Source of the DNA: Azolla caroliniana
Taxonomy: Eukaryota > Plantae > Polypodiophyta
Direction of reading: 5' to 3'
Length of the DNA stretch: 64,000 nucleotides
NCBI GenBank assembly: GCA_043228905.1
Contig: JBHGNT010000001.1
Location: 4,650,001 to 4,714,000 of the forward strand
In this document: one piece after another, positions 50,401 through 64,000 of the stretch
Numbering within the stretch: position 1 is the stretch's first letter
Layout: every line of letters starts with the position of its first letter
Translations under genes and position numbers: made by a program
The notes under the pieces: model-generated
Databases searched by the model: none
What the model saw: the letters and a program-made list of their open reading frames with translations, nothing else
What the model was told of the DNA's origin: nothing

Positions 50401-53400
50401 CAAAATAAGCGAGTATTACTTCTTTAACCTACACACCAAAAAACAATTCAGTTCATTGGTTTGAATAAAAAAAGTAGTTACACAATTTGATATCAATCCT
50501 TAGCACACAATAAATCCAGAGCTCTACAATCTCCGCAAAAAAGGAAGAAACATGCAATTTCTATTCCAACTTCCAAGGTAGCATGAGGCAGTAAGCACCT
50601 CTTGTTGTATCACATCATCACACATATGAAGAAGTGTTCCCCTCCCAGTATCAAGCTGCTTGTCATACATGGATCGCGTTATTAGATTTTGATACTCGAT
50701 GAAGTTTTGCTGAAAACTGTCAAATATTTTTGGTTGAAATTTATCAAAGTGCCCCCATAATAAGTAATACATACAAGACTGCCAACCCAACAAACATTTT
50801 TTGTAGTAAGGATGGAATTTTACTTACGATAAAAAGATCTTCACACAATAACCAATTATAGCTCCAAGTATTGCAATAACTACCCAAAAGTCGGCCTTTG
50901 GCATTTCCAGAGAAGTCAAAAGCGTAACCTATTCATCATAGTATGTTGTGCACTAATATAAGCACAAAGATTGCATAAAGGATATTAAATTTCAAGAGTC
51001 ACTTACCAGTCCAATGCCTGCTGATACCATTAGCTTTGTCCAATCCATTGGTGTTAATCCAGGATTTTTTTTCTCTGGCTGTCATAGCACAACTATAGAT
51101 TTGTTATCCATAATGATGACAGCTTCACCTTTAGTTTGACCACTACAGTGATTAAACTGTACTAACCAGCACAAGCTCCATGTCAGCCATTGGAATGTGC
51201 CGGAACTGCTTAATATGAATTGCTCTATCGCCATATTTAGATATATCATTACGAGGTGTAGCTCGCCTTGAATATAATGCAGCATACTTAGAACTATTGT
51301 TAACATGAACGTAGTCCAAATGATAAGAAACCAAGAAAATGCACTTATCTTAGTACCTATACACAAGAATCATTCTCTCAAAGGTAGGTTCTTGGACAGT
51401 AGTTTTACTCATGAAATTCTTCAAACTACGAGGAAAAAGAAAAGGTAAGCATCAGACAACACAATTTATATACATCAGTGTCAAATAACATTCATAATTT
51501 TCCCAACTTTTTTAGTTTTCCAATATAACTTTTTATATTGGTGCCAATTATCATGTTGTACACAATAATAATATTGAGACACAAAAAAAGACATAGATAT
51601 AAAGTACCCTTAACATTTGCAAGTAAAATATCTAAAGCCACCTTAATTCCAGGTTTTGAATCCGTATACGCTCAACATATAAATCCTTTTCTTTGTCAGT
51701 TACACTTTCATCTGGAATTGAATCAAGTATTCTTTTCATTGTAGTGCTATGAAGGGTTGATTCTTTCTTGGAAATAAACTTTCGCAACCTGAGTACCATG
51801 ATCAATTGAAGAAATAAGATTACAAAGCACCCTAGACTTAGGACACTCATAAATAGGAGAGAACACACACTTGAATATTCACCCCACCTTCCCTTCGATA
51901 GAAAGAAGTCCCACAAGCGCCCAATCAAAGAATCAATCTTCTCAGCAAAGAAGAATCCCGTTGTCTGGTCAAAACCAATACCTTGACGAAAAAGAGCATA
52001 CTGCAGAACATAGAACATCTCATAAAGAACATTGACATTTGTTTAATACAGAATTCCCCAAAAGTGCAGAAACAACTTACTCTCAATATTAAACAGCTAG
52101 TAACGACCATATTTCAAAACATTCAACTCTTGATAGTAAAGTTCATAGTATCTCCCGATGGAAAGATCCCCAACTTGGGCTCATTTCAAGATGGAGAGGT
52201 CTCCAAATCAACTCTTGTGCTGGGCGATATTGGCATCAATTCATGATAACAAGTGTGGCAGGGCCATGGCCTACATGCACGACAAATTGCCATCATAACT
52301 TGTTTCAGATGTTGCACCTACCTATTTCGCCTTTGATTGAATTGTATGAGGAGGTTCTGATAGTTTCTTGCTAACACAGTGTTGCGGCCATAGTGTTCTC
52401 CTTTGCAACATCCTCTCTATGCTAGCAAGAACAGTACCAAACATCAATGGTCTTCGTATTCTAATACCTTGTAAAATGGACCAAATCTTTGTTCAAAGAG
52501 GCAATGGTATATCCAATTATTTCATAAAAATTAGCATTGATAAATACACGTGCTCCTCTAGTTTCTCTAGTCATGCTATCCCTAACCACATGGCCCTTGA
52601 CCAACTAAGTGCACATAAGGAATTTGCATCTGGACTTGTAGTTGAACCACCTGCGTCCATTCCTTCTCTATGTCTTCGCATCATTTTGGAGAGGCTTGGG
52701 TATGATATAAGTAGCAATCGGCAGCGGTTCCAAACTGTGAAACCGCGGCTTAATGGCTTAACAGTTTAAACAGTTCAGGTTCAGGTTCAGGTTTTTGTAA
52801 GCGTATCGGCTCGGTTTGGGGGTTAACAGCTCAGTTTGAGCCTTTATCAGCTTAATGCTTTCCAGTTTAACAGTTTGAAACCGTGGTTTAAACGGTTTGA
52901 CAGTTTAGGATCGAGGCTTTTAATCCCAATTTTGAATTTTAAGAAAAATCTTTAAATTTTAAAAATCTTAAATTTTAAAATTAAAATGTGAAATTTTGAA
53001 TTTTGACCTAACTTGAAAACTGGAACCAAACCGTGAAACCGCAGTTTTAATGGTTTAAAGGTTTGAAAATATCTAAAACCATTTGGTTTGAGCTTGAAGT
53101 TTCTGTAATAGTTCAGTTTAAATGGTTTCGTGGTTCAGCTCGGTTTAAGTTTCAATTTTTTTAAATGGTTTGGCTTTAAACAGTTTGCGTTTGACATTGA
53201 ACTGAACCGAACCATTGCTGATTGTTAGATACAAATTACAAAGATAACCTATTGTGTGACATGGTTCAAGTACTCCCAAAAGCCTAAAACTCAGTTTCAG
53301 ATTATATTGGTTGGGCTTCAGAGGGTGCTCAAGAAAATGTGCAAGAAATCATTAAAACATTTAGTATTAACCATCCATGCACTCACACATAATAATCGAT

Positions 53401-56400
53401 AACAATTCGGTTTTGTTTAGTTCGATTTGGGGGAGCCTCAAACTAAAACCATTTCAAACGGAACTGCTTAAAGATTTTGAAACTTAGACTGAACAAAACC
53501 AAACCGTTAAAACTTTAAACCAATATTGTTTAAAGCAAGTGGTTTGAGGGATTTTCAAACTCAAACCAAACGGTTAGAAAGAAAGATATATTAACGTCTT
53601 CTAAGCGCCCAAAATGGCCTATAAGACCAAACAAGAGATTACATCGTAAGTGTTGTCTCGTCTTTGAGAGCAACAAATCAAAATAAAATAAAAATAAATA
53701 TTACTCAGTAAATATAAAAGTAAATAAGATATACAACCCATTAAGCCACAACTTTGCGGTTCAGTTTCCGCTCAAACCAAAATTTGAAAAGGATTATTCT
53801 TTTTAAAACTTTAAAGAAATATTAGGGTTCAAAGTTAAAACTTCATAATGCATCTTACATATTATATCATTTATAAAGTTGATATATGTATATATAATCA
53901 TATTTCAAAGACATTCTTCAAAATAGTTAAGACGTTTAACCATGCTTTGAGGCTGGATAAACCACAAACCATTGAGCTGATAGAGGCTCAAATAAAAGTG
54001 ACCAGTTAAGCCACAATTTCGTGGTTCAGTGTTGCTCAAACTGAACCGTTACCAATTCCTACTCACACATCTTCATAGCAAAGGGCGGATTTTGGGAGTG
54101 AATAGTTAAGTGTTTACTATGAATCATAATGTAGTTTTTTATTTTGATTAACCCGACACTTTTTTAAAATTTATCATTACAATTATGACTTATCTCTCTT
54201 CTACCATTACTATACCATCATAAACCCTCCAGGTTAACATATGACAAATTTGTGTCCCATAGAACGACCTCTATGACTAATTCAAGAAATATTTGGCCAT
54301 GGTGAATCACCTTCAGATGGAGAAAGGCTGAACACATCTTTCATGTATATAGGTACGTAGGTATTTCATACATGCTAGCACATGTATGGAAAACCTACAT
54401 ACCTATATACATGAAATTGTCTATGCAATTGAGAAAATATGTTACATGATCACACACTTTAGTTTATCTATATATGCATATTGCCTTAATATATAGTAAA
54501 GGCAAGAAATAGTAATCTTGAAAAAAGTTAATTAGAAAAAATGCCTGTAACATCCGATCAGCAAGGAATATGAAACAATTTACCTGATTCGCGAACTCCG
54601 GAAGACACTCCATATTATTTTCAGCAAAGAATTTGGAGAAAAGTTTGTTATCCAGCTGCAATTCTAAACACAATTATATGACGTTGTGATCGGCAAATTA
54701 TAGCTATGATGTATGGCAAAACAATTACCTTCGTAGTATCCACTGCAATTGGTAAATTTAGCAGGTATTGTCCCGAGTTTGCTATCGCCACTTCATCATC
54801 GCTCAAAATCTTGTAGTTACTTTTTTTCATAATCTTATACCAAACCACATCATTAATTGCTCAGAATTTTTTGGTTATTCTCCTCAGCACTTGATAAAGA
54901 GAAACACATTATGCCTCCAAAAAAACCAAAGGGGACATGGAGAACTATCGATGGACCATGCATGAAAGCTAAGGGACATTTTTCCTTGGTTGAAATATTG
55001 ATATATGTGGAGCAATTATCCATGAAGACAAGAACCATGAGCAACATGTTTCTTTTAGTGCACACAGACACTTCTAAGTATAAGCCCGTAATGAAACACG
55101 TAAAAATAAACTTCAAAATGGAAAGGCTGTATATACACTTCACCTATGCTAGAAACACTAATATTGACAGGACCAGTGGCAAAAGAAAGAATACGTAGGT
55201 AAGGTGTTTCTTGCGACTGGCAAGATAACTGGATCAGGCCACAATGCAAAAGAGGGAATAGTATCAGCTAGTCAAATGTCACACAACTATGAAGTATTAC
55301 AGAACATCGACTCAGTCATGGGCTGAACAACAGATAAGAGATTTGTGGGATAAGCACAGACTCGAATTCAGCACTACTGATCATCTTGTTTGTCTGTGGT
55401 TCATAAGTGTATGGTTGTTGTTCAGAAGAATTCAAAAAGTCTTTCAACATAATCCCAAGGCCATATTACCAATAAAATACAGGCAATTGGCCAATCGTCT
55501 TTTTGGCCTGTTTCAAGAGCATCAGACTATAACGGCCAACAACGCCTAAGATTAATCTTGCTAGAGAATTGGGATGCAGTGGCATAAGGAGATTAATACA
55601 AGACATGAGAACATTTACTAATCCACCCCAAACGACTCTCACACGGCGTCTTCAGCCTACAGCATAGTTAGGAATCCGAACACAATAATCCAAACTATTT
55701 ACATTAGACCAGCCAACAGCACTTTTCTGAAACGAAGACACATCAATTGCTTCATTCATTATTTTCTCAGTCTACTATAACTTTTAGCACTGATAAGAAT
55801 CTAACGCATAGGTGTCTCTTAATACTGCTTCATGTTTTCAACGTCTGTTTCTTTAATGATTCCTCAATCATACAGTCTAAATAATCAACAAAAAAACTCA
55901 TATCTAAGAACTCACAAATTTACATGCACACACAGATTTTATTGTGTTACAACTCATTCAAACACATCACAACAGAACATCCGTTGTTTCACTTTTAATG
56001 CACTATAATAGCAGCACATGGTGCTAACTAACCTTGAAAAGATGCATAAGAAACTTCTGCTCCAAGGTATCTACCCGTTCAGGTGAGAGTTTTTGTTGTT
56101 CCAATTTCTGGGCACCCGATATGGGATCGAATAGAGAATACAGTTGCTGAATCAAAATACAATTGAACGCTTCCTTTTAGGATTTTAACAAACCCAAAAA
56201 ATCATTCATTAAAACAAACTATAACACATCATACCATTAGCTCTTCAAATTCTGGATGGTACCAGGCACGGATTGTTGCATCGATGCGCTTGCAGAGCAT
56301 TAAAAATTCTTCTCTATCAGAATCGAGCTCTGAATGAACATACATACAGGAAAAGCATATGGATTCAAAACATGGAGAAGTACAATAAACCCAAGGTAAA

Positions 56401-57251
56401 TATATTAATTATTATCAGAGTTAAGAACGAAAAACAGAAGAGACTGCATTGAAGCAAGCATACAATATCATCAGCTACAACCAGGGCTTCACGCATACAA
56501 TAAAGGATGAAATGCAAGGACTTAAAACAGGAGGAACTACATTGAATGCTACAAAACATACCCATTATCATTGGTAGAAGTGCTGAAAAACAGGTGAAAA
56601 TACAATGCATAACAATGTACAGCGATATAACTATTGGGAAGCATCAATAATCATCGGCTAAACTAAAAAAACGAAATTGGGATGCATGCAAACATTGAAA
56701 ACAGGGCAGCAAATACAAATAAAACATAGCCAATGATTGACGTTTAGCTAGAATTGATTGAGAAAAATACATTCAAGAATGTGTAAAAGAATACGTAAAG
56801 TGGAAGGGCTGAAAACATGGGGGCAACAGAAACTAATCTTTATATACCAATTACCATCAGAGTAATTATTAAAAGAAGCCTAGTATAAAAAAATTAGCAA
56901 AATATGCATAATAATCTCATTAGATTTATATTAATAATCAATGATTCATACAACAATGCATTAGAAATGCAAGGATACCAAGCTACATATACTAAAATCA
57001 TCGACGTAAGGATATATGAAGAAGGAGAAATTTTTACAGAAAAAGAAATCGGCAGATTACGGGACTGGAATTACAACTAAAAAATACCAGTTATCATGAA
57101 TGTAAAAAACTGAAAAATAGCGGAAATCGAACACTTTACCAATATCATCAGCTAAACCCATGATCAATTTGGGTTTCATGGTCATTATTACGGACTCTCT
57201 CTCGATCCTCATTATCTCCTTCTTCTTCTTCTCTTTATTTCTCCCAGCCAT
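47463..57251 (-). CDS. DUF3754 family protein (At3g19340-like)
   Basis: 15 phase-consistent exons: 57251-57140, 56329-56235, 56146-56033, 54833-54729, 54655-54584, 52000-51888, 51788-51642, 51425-51357, 51266-51167, 51078-51007, 50928-50828, 50716-50599, 50428-50369, 47762-47652, 47558-47463. Motifs: [81 protein letters not shown]. Confidence 0.93.
52712..53227. mobile_element. hAT-type MITE, copy 2 (DUF3754 intron 5)
   Basis: TIRs TAGCAATCGGCAGCGGTTC / GAACCATTGCTGATTGTTA; flanks GATATAAG vs GATACAAA (6/8); AACCG/CGGTT subterminal motifs. Confidence 0.8.
53390..54061. mobile_element. hAT-type MITE, copy 3 (DUF3754 intron 5)
   Basis: Perfect 8-bp TSD CTCACACA (53382-53389, 54062-54069); degenerate TIRs TAATAATCGATAACAATT / AACCGTTACCAATTCCTA. 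Confidence 0.8.
54339..54416. repeat. 78-bp near-perfect inverted repeat (hairpin)
   Basis: TTTCATGTATATAGGTACGTAGGTATTTCATACATG-CTAGCA-CATGTATGGAAAACCTACATACCTATATACATGAAA; 36-bp arms with 3 mismatches. Confidence 0.9.
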
Positions 57252-58068
57252 TGCTCTGCAATACCTAAATGCAGAAACACAGAGAAAGAGAGAAATAGAA
57301 AGAAAGAAAGAAAGAGATCTATCTGTATTTTACAGAGTTGTTCAGAGCTTCTGCTACGAAAAGAAAAGAAGGTCAACAAGAAGAAGCAAAAACCACAAAG
57401 ATTCTTTTCTTCACATTTTCCATGGATTGGGAGTGCAGCTTAACTAAAGTGTAACCATGGTCAAGTTTGGAATATGATTGCTTTGGCCTTTCCTCACATC
57501 CTTCATTGTTTTGGATTGCAGTTAGTTTAACTTAACCATGGTTAAGTGTAAGGTGGTTTATTCTTCACCATTTCCCGGCCTGGAGTTTAAACCCCCCCCT
57601 TGCTCAATTGTGCATCTACACCGTTCATCGATCACATTGTACAGTTCGTTCCACTTAACCACGGCTAATTCTAGGATGTTTGAATCATGATCTAAAGTGT
57701 TGTTCATATCCAGAGAGACAGATTGGTATGATCTATTGACACCAATTTATCAAGATGTGACTCCAGTTTAGTACACTTTTTCCTTGATGCCACTCAACTT
57801 TCCCACAATTTACCCATGTATCCATATGTGGTTTATGTGCTTACTTTTTCCTTTCTTGTGTTTTTAATTTCTACTCATCTGTGTTTTTGAAATGTTTATT
57901 TGCTATTTGACAAAGACCCCCAACCAAACCATGTGATTTAGAGAAGACAAGTTTTTGACCAAGATTGGTGGTGATCTTTTAGAAGTGCTCTTTTCCTTAT
58001 CCATGACCCATCCGTTACACCTAGTACCTACCTCTAGGAGCACGAATGGCCTATGCATGCATGACATT

Positions 58069-58530
58069 TGTTAGAGCTAGCTACTCATGTAAGCATATAT
58101 GATAAGGATATAATATAGAAATAGATGAGAGAGGAGAGAGAAAAAGAAGGGTGTTGATCCACCCGACCACACCCCCAAGCGAAGGGATTGAGATGGACTT
58201 GAGCCTCGATCGGCATCCCATACCACCACCGTGGCGTCGAGTCGTACTTGGTACTGGTGCGCTTGCTACAAGAGTTGATCCACCACGACGACATAGTCTC
58301 AACGTAGTCGATAATCTCTCAAATGAGGGTAGCTAGGCCTCATATTTATAGCTAGACCTAAGGCCCCCAAGCAAGTTCACACTTGGCCTTAATGGGTTGT
58401 CTCAATCCCAAGTATTAAAAGTAACCCCTCTCTTCTTTACACGCATGTTTAACCCTCACACTTTATCCACGTATATAGAATACTATGGTACAATCTTACC
58501 ACAGGATATTATATGGTCATGCTCGTAACA
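58069..58530 (-). mobile_element. Solo LTR (462 bp) of a different LTR family
   Basis: TGTTAGAGC...GCTCGTAACA terminal inverted repeat; perfect 5-bp TSD ACATT (58064-58068, 58531-58535); CTATAAATA TATA box on the minus strand at ~58343-58351. Confidence 0.88.
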
Positions 58531-59174
58531 ACATTAATCTTCATGCCATACTCCATACTAATTGTATGTCCTAGTGAATGAATACTCATATTAAATAGCA
58601 CAATCAAACTACACAATAGAACTACTCATAATATTAGTTAATTGTTAATTAATGTGTAGGCTGATATGCAAGTTGCCTTGTTGCTTTTCCTTAATCATTC
58701 ATTGATTGATTTTGTCGGTACAAGAGTTATTTGTCAATACTACATAACAATTGGGATATTTGATATTTGGAAAAAAACTTTGAAATGTCCCTTTCTAGGT
58801 TTTCAAATATCTCCATGAATGTTCATTTCCTAGTCAACCCCCAAAAGAGAGAAAAGGGGGATGAAGATGGAAATTCTAAAGTTTTGGCCATGTTAATATT
58901 TGTTTTTTTTTTCTCTATAAAAAATACCCTCCATTGGTATTAAAATTAAAGTGGCCAAAGGCAATATACAAATAATCTATAATATTTTCCATCTCAACAA
59001 GTATAGATCATCAAAGAAAGAACCAAGGGTAAGTGTTGTCATTTGGCAAGATACCTTATTGCCTCATTTGATCAAAGCATTTTAGTGCCTCGTCATGAAC
59101 ATCGTGTTCTATAAAGACCAAAGTGTTACCAACAAGAGGTTCTATACGAAGACCTTTTAGCATTACTTCACTAT

Positions 59175-59335
59175 GTATTGGCCTTTTGCCACCATACATG
59201 AGAACCCACATGCTTTTAAGACACAAACCATAGTTATAGAATCTAGAGATGCACCTTCTTCTTGCATTTGATCAAAAAATTCAATGGCCTCTTCACTATG
59301 TTCACATTCAGCATATGCTGCTATGATTGTGCCAC
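59175..59335 (-). pseudogene. PLS-class PPR gene fragment
   Basis: IIAAYAECEHSEEAIEFFDQMQEEGASLDSITMVCVLKACG..KGQ is one P motif plus the start of an L motif; no flanking repeats in frame. Confidence 0.75.
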
Positions 59336-62300
59336 CAATTATGCCAACAGAGCGCAAGTTTGAGTTCGCTAAAACATATTTGATTGTTGAACATATATAT
59401 GTATTCATCTATCTTGCTCCTTGTTGATCATTCTCATTCACTCCCAATGTCTCAATACTTAGCTACATACATGTTCATGTTTCCATTTCCTCATCAACTA
59501 TTTGCGTCCCCTGGGTTTGCATTCTTATCTCACCCAACATTCATATATGTGTCCTCTTGATGCCAAATTATGTTCATTTGGGTGGGTTTTTTTTTCCAAA
59601 TAACATTTGGGTGGTTTTGACAACATGCATAGTTGAGAATAGGCATTGATTGTGCCCAATGTAGATGGCAAGCTCATTCCCACTCAATGATGTCTTGTCC
59701 ATCATTTGATACATGCCACAACACATTTTGATTCACGTTTTGATTCATTGTATATAATTAGTTTCATAATTAACAACAAAGGCATGGGAATTGAGGTGAG
59801 AATGAATCAAAATGTCTTACTATCTTATTGGTTACTAGACTTTATCAACGTATTCCCAAATCAAGATGGTAGTGCCTTCATTGATTTTCAAGCCTTGGAT
59901 CAAGGATAAGTTGGGTAGTGTTAAGAGGTTGTGTGACATGGAAACAAGAGAAGGAGAACACACAACTATTCTATATTCTTGTGTATTTTGAGCGGTTTAA
60001 TAGTATTTTAAGTTGCAGTCATTAAACATGTTCATATGTATATAAAAATATGTAGTATGGAAAATATATTAGGCCCACACTTACATTCAATGAACATGCT
60101 ATGCATGACACAATTTATAACAAAAAAAGGCATGTATATCATAACTAAGTTAGACATGTATTCTCCAACTGACTTTGCTAGGTCGGCAAAGCAAATGATG
60201 AAAGTTGTTAAAACGCGTGAGGATTCTCAAAATTATCTCCTTCATTATGCTCATTTGAATGTGTTTTGTATTTTGTTTGTGTAATTAGCGCTATTTCTTA
60301 CACACCCTCTTTTATATTTTGTCAAGGTGTTAGTTTGATGATTTGTCTTGCACCTTGTGCATACGAGTACACGTATATCATCAAGTGGCATTTGATTCTC
60401 GTTCAAGATGAAACGTGTTAATTTTTTTCCTCGAAAGAGATACGCTTTAGTATTATAAAATAAGAAATATAAAAGTTGTGTTGGATAAAGGAGTATACCA
60501 ACCGACTCCATTGTGCTTTTCAACACAAATAGTTGAGTAAATCTTTGAAGAAGTTTAAGGCAATTCCATACCTTGGTATTGTTGTCCCATGTACATTGTG
60601 AATGCTATTATGAAAATGGGAATAATTTGTATGTGCATTGGCCTCTCGCAATCCTACACAAAATCCACATGATTAGATGTCATCAAAATTGTCGATTGAG
60701 AAAGTCGACTTGTGTCATTTGGACCATTGATTTTAGCATGCGACAATGACAATTTAGGTTATTGGACTCGAGCAAAAATGTTGTTGGTTCATCAGGTAAG
60801 TAATCAAATTTCGTATCTATAGATTACATTAGGGGTAATGCTACTTCAATTCCTCATCTTTAAAACCCTTCTACATATACTTTTTCAAACTTACAAGCTT
60901 CTCCACCCCTTAGTATACTTCATATACCATTATTTCTAAGGGCTTCCAAACTTCTTTGCTTTTTAGATACAAAATGATTGGTTGCTCACTAACCTATTCG
61001 ACCCTATTCACGTTGATACAATGGAGGAATTTAATATTGGGATCAATCCAAGTCCTTTGGATATTTTCTCACAACCCATTCATTGGTCACTTGATGGCAT
61101 GGATAGGTTGTACTTGAGAAAATGCACTCCTCAACAAAATATGTCAAAAGCACTTGATAAGGATTTGGGGTGACAACATGGATGAATAGAGTTGTGCTAT
61201 GTCAGAAGGATTTCACAAACCCTCTCTAAAGAAAATTCAACCGGTTGATAACTCCCAACTATTTATTATATGATACATGTATATTTTTGATCGGTAGAGT
61301 TGGAGTCAATGCCTATAATTGGATTGGTGGAATACACACAATGTCCAATTTTATCAAAGAGAAAGAAGACTAGTGTACACATTGTACTAAACCTAAATTC
61401 ACTCTCTTTTAAGAAAATTTATTGTGCCTTAGATTACCTTAGTGTCATAAACTACCATATAATATATTGATATTATTAATTGTTTTATGGTTTGACTTAT
61501 TATTTTATTGGACCAAATACCAAAGGAAAAGGCTCTCAGTTGGGCCAACGTTGACACCTGGAAGAGACAATAACTAGTGTAGTTGTGAATGGGATTAGAT
61601 ACAACAAGATTCCAATTGTAACACATTTGACAAATCCAAAAGGTGTTTAGATGATCCAGTGAAACTTATTTGCTCATCGCACAAAAAACCTCTCAATGGG
61701 AAATGTAGGTTGGGGTGACGAGGATTCAAAGTTGCATCTCACTTTAAGAAGTGGGAGGTTGGGAACAATGCAAGTCCACAGAAAAGCATGCATATGTTCC
61801 TACCACATCATTCCCCCTAGAGTTTAAGTAGACTACTAGTTGTTCGTATGCACCCTAGATCATTTGGTGTATGTTCAATAGTGAGCAATGTGTTAAATAA
61901 GAAAGCAAAGATATTAGAATAGTTATTGGACAAATATATTCCCAATTATTATAGTATGCTTTGCTAGTAGCCTCTATTTATCAAATGCTTACAAAGCATA
62001 TATTTTCATACTAACTAATGTGTGGGCGATGATTCTATGAAGCCTCTACATATAAAAATGGCATGCTAACAATGGTCCATGGCCAAATATAGGGACCATG
62101 TAAAGTAAGTGTTGGATCACAAAAATATTCAATGAATGAAGTTAGCATCCACCCTTGCAAACTAGTTCCTAACATTGTGCGCCATGCTTGTAATCACATG
62201 CCACCTTGGGCATTTTCAATCTCACTTACAAGGCAAAGATGCATTGATTCGTAGATTCATCTAGAATATCCCTAGAAGACTATCACAATGTATATGATGA

Positions 62301-63351
62301 CTTAGATATAGATTGCTTCAAGTGTTTGTAGGAGGTTCCACCAAAGTACTTAAATGTTTTTAAAAGATGGAGTCATACCAAGGTACATTGGTTATGATGA
62401 CTTTGATATACATATTCAACTAGTGGAATAGGCATATAATGTATAATAGTCTCAATACACGAATTATTGGTATCATCGTCACAAACTTGTGAGGACATGT
62501 ATACACCCATTTCATGGGATGCATCGTACTCCCAAAAAACTTTCTTGCAAATCATTGGGATCTTAGTTTCTTTCTTAGACAACGAACTGTTTTCTGCTAA
62601 TTGGTGTGAATTTAATGCAATGTAATATTCTTGACATTGAAATCTCTACTTACATTTAAAGACGAAGAATATTTGTGCATGTATTATTAGTAATCTTAAA
62701 TTTGGTGTATATCACAAAAATATTCTTGATGTTGATATCTCGATCTAGGGGTTCATCAAGGTAGATAATATTTATTTTTGTGTAGAATTTGCAATGTAAA
62801 TATCTGACCTTTACATATCAAGATGTATAAATGTTAAGACTTGTATGCTTTGACAACATGAACACTGGCATAGGCAAGAGAACAATACAATTGGAGGATG
62901 GAGAGATAGATAGTGAGAGAGAGTTATAGCGCATATCATTTGGAAGTGCTTGTAAGATATTTGGAAGTACATGAACCATTGTTATTTGAGGCCTCAACAA
63001 TGGGTTTTTTCTTAATATGTTCAAAATGGTCTAAATGACGAGCTAGAGACATTGTTCCAATTTTTTATGATATTGGGGTTGCAACACAATTGAATATATG
63101 TGTAATGTTTCCATGTTTGATAGTAGACAAGGGGTGAAAGCATATATGAGGAAGTTGAATCACATTTTTTATGTGGAATTTCTAGATGTTAGAGCATGTG
63201 GGGATCATCTCCTCAAGTGCATAATATTCAAGGTTGCTAATGGTTTTACAAGATGTCCATCTCCCTACCTACGTAGAGAGAGGAGACTAATAAGTTGCAA
63301 CAAGTGGATGTTACATATAACCAATATAATTGAGTGCTTTTACGAGAGAGA

Positions 63352-63405
63352 GTAGCTCAGTTGGTAAGGTTGTGGTCATGGGTTCAACCCCTACATTCCA
63401 CGGTG
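63352..63405 (+). other. tRNA-derived (SINE-head-like) remnant
   Basis: A-box TAGCTCAGTTGG and B-box-like GGTTCAACCCC lie too close together for a cloverleaf; no anticodon arm or acceptor stem. Confidence 0.4.
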
Positions 63406-64000
63406 GTATCTAGTGAATTAAGAGATATATAAGAAGTATATAATAACGAGGTAAGGAAGTTAGGTTTCAAACCCACAACACAATGCTTGTAGTGCTAACA
63501 ACTTACCAGTAGGGTAAGGTAATTACAATAAATAAATAAATGAGAGAGAGAGAGAGAGCGAGCGAGCTTAGCAAGTTGGGGTGAGAAAATATGTTGTAAA
63601 GTTAAAGAACTTCTTTTGTTGACATTGCCAGAGAAGTAACGAAATATAAACCATGAAGAGAGAGAACTTTGCAAGGACACATATAATCATACTCGAGATT
63701 TGAATAGGTGTAGAGGGTGGGATTAAGTTCGTAGTCGTAGTAGTATTTAGATCCGTAGAAGAGTTCTATATCTTGTTGTAAGTTAGTAGGCATGGTGGTG
63801 TTTTTTTTCTTTCATACGGAAGCCAAACAAGCTAGAAGGTAATGATCCTTGTATACTTACTACATGTAAATGATTGGGGGAATTCAATCGGTTATGAACA
63901 ACAAAAATATAGAAATTTTGGGCCAATCTTTAAAAAATTCCCAATATTTGGCTAATTTTTTGCATATAATGCATTTACTTCTATAAAATTATTTAAAACC

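Noticed and set aside
59900-63300. Possible decayed transposase sequence (also 15300-16600, 43800-44500)
   Set aside because: No recognisable catalytic motif, TIR or TSD by eye.

Overview
Eukaryotic nuclear DNA from a land plant: AT-rich, GT-AG introns, GA/CA microsatellites. A non-seed plant such as a fern is suggested by the style of the PPR and LINE remnants, but that is inference only. Six intron-containing genes can be reconstructed exon by exon: KEA3 thylakoid K+/H+ antiporter (-, running off the left edge), a zinc-dependent MDR alcohol dehydrogenase (-), an RCC1-repeat protein (+), an ERD15/PAM2 protein (-), an ALE2/At4g02010-type receptor kinase (-) and a DUF3754 protein (-). The standout is a young, very compact (4,747 bp), GC-rich Ty3/Gypsy LTR retrotransposon (8761-13507, -). 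It has several traits atypical of well-known seed-plant lineages: a 4-bp ATAT TSD, a tRNA-Ala-like PBS, no chromodomain, a gag/pol junction combining a G-GAA-AAC slippery site with a TAATG stop-start overlap, and a 16-bp duplication of the LTR end seen at only one LTR. Its integrase carries a nonsense codon and an apparent 5-codon deletion. Also present: a LINE 3' remnant, three copies of a hAT-type MITE with 8-bp TSDs, MULE-like MITEs, a solo LTR with a 5-bp TSD, a PPR fragment, an intronic hairpin and several tandem duplications. No rRNA, intact tRNA or CRISPR array was found. All homology calls come from recognition of motifs, not from database searches.
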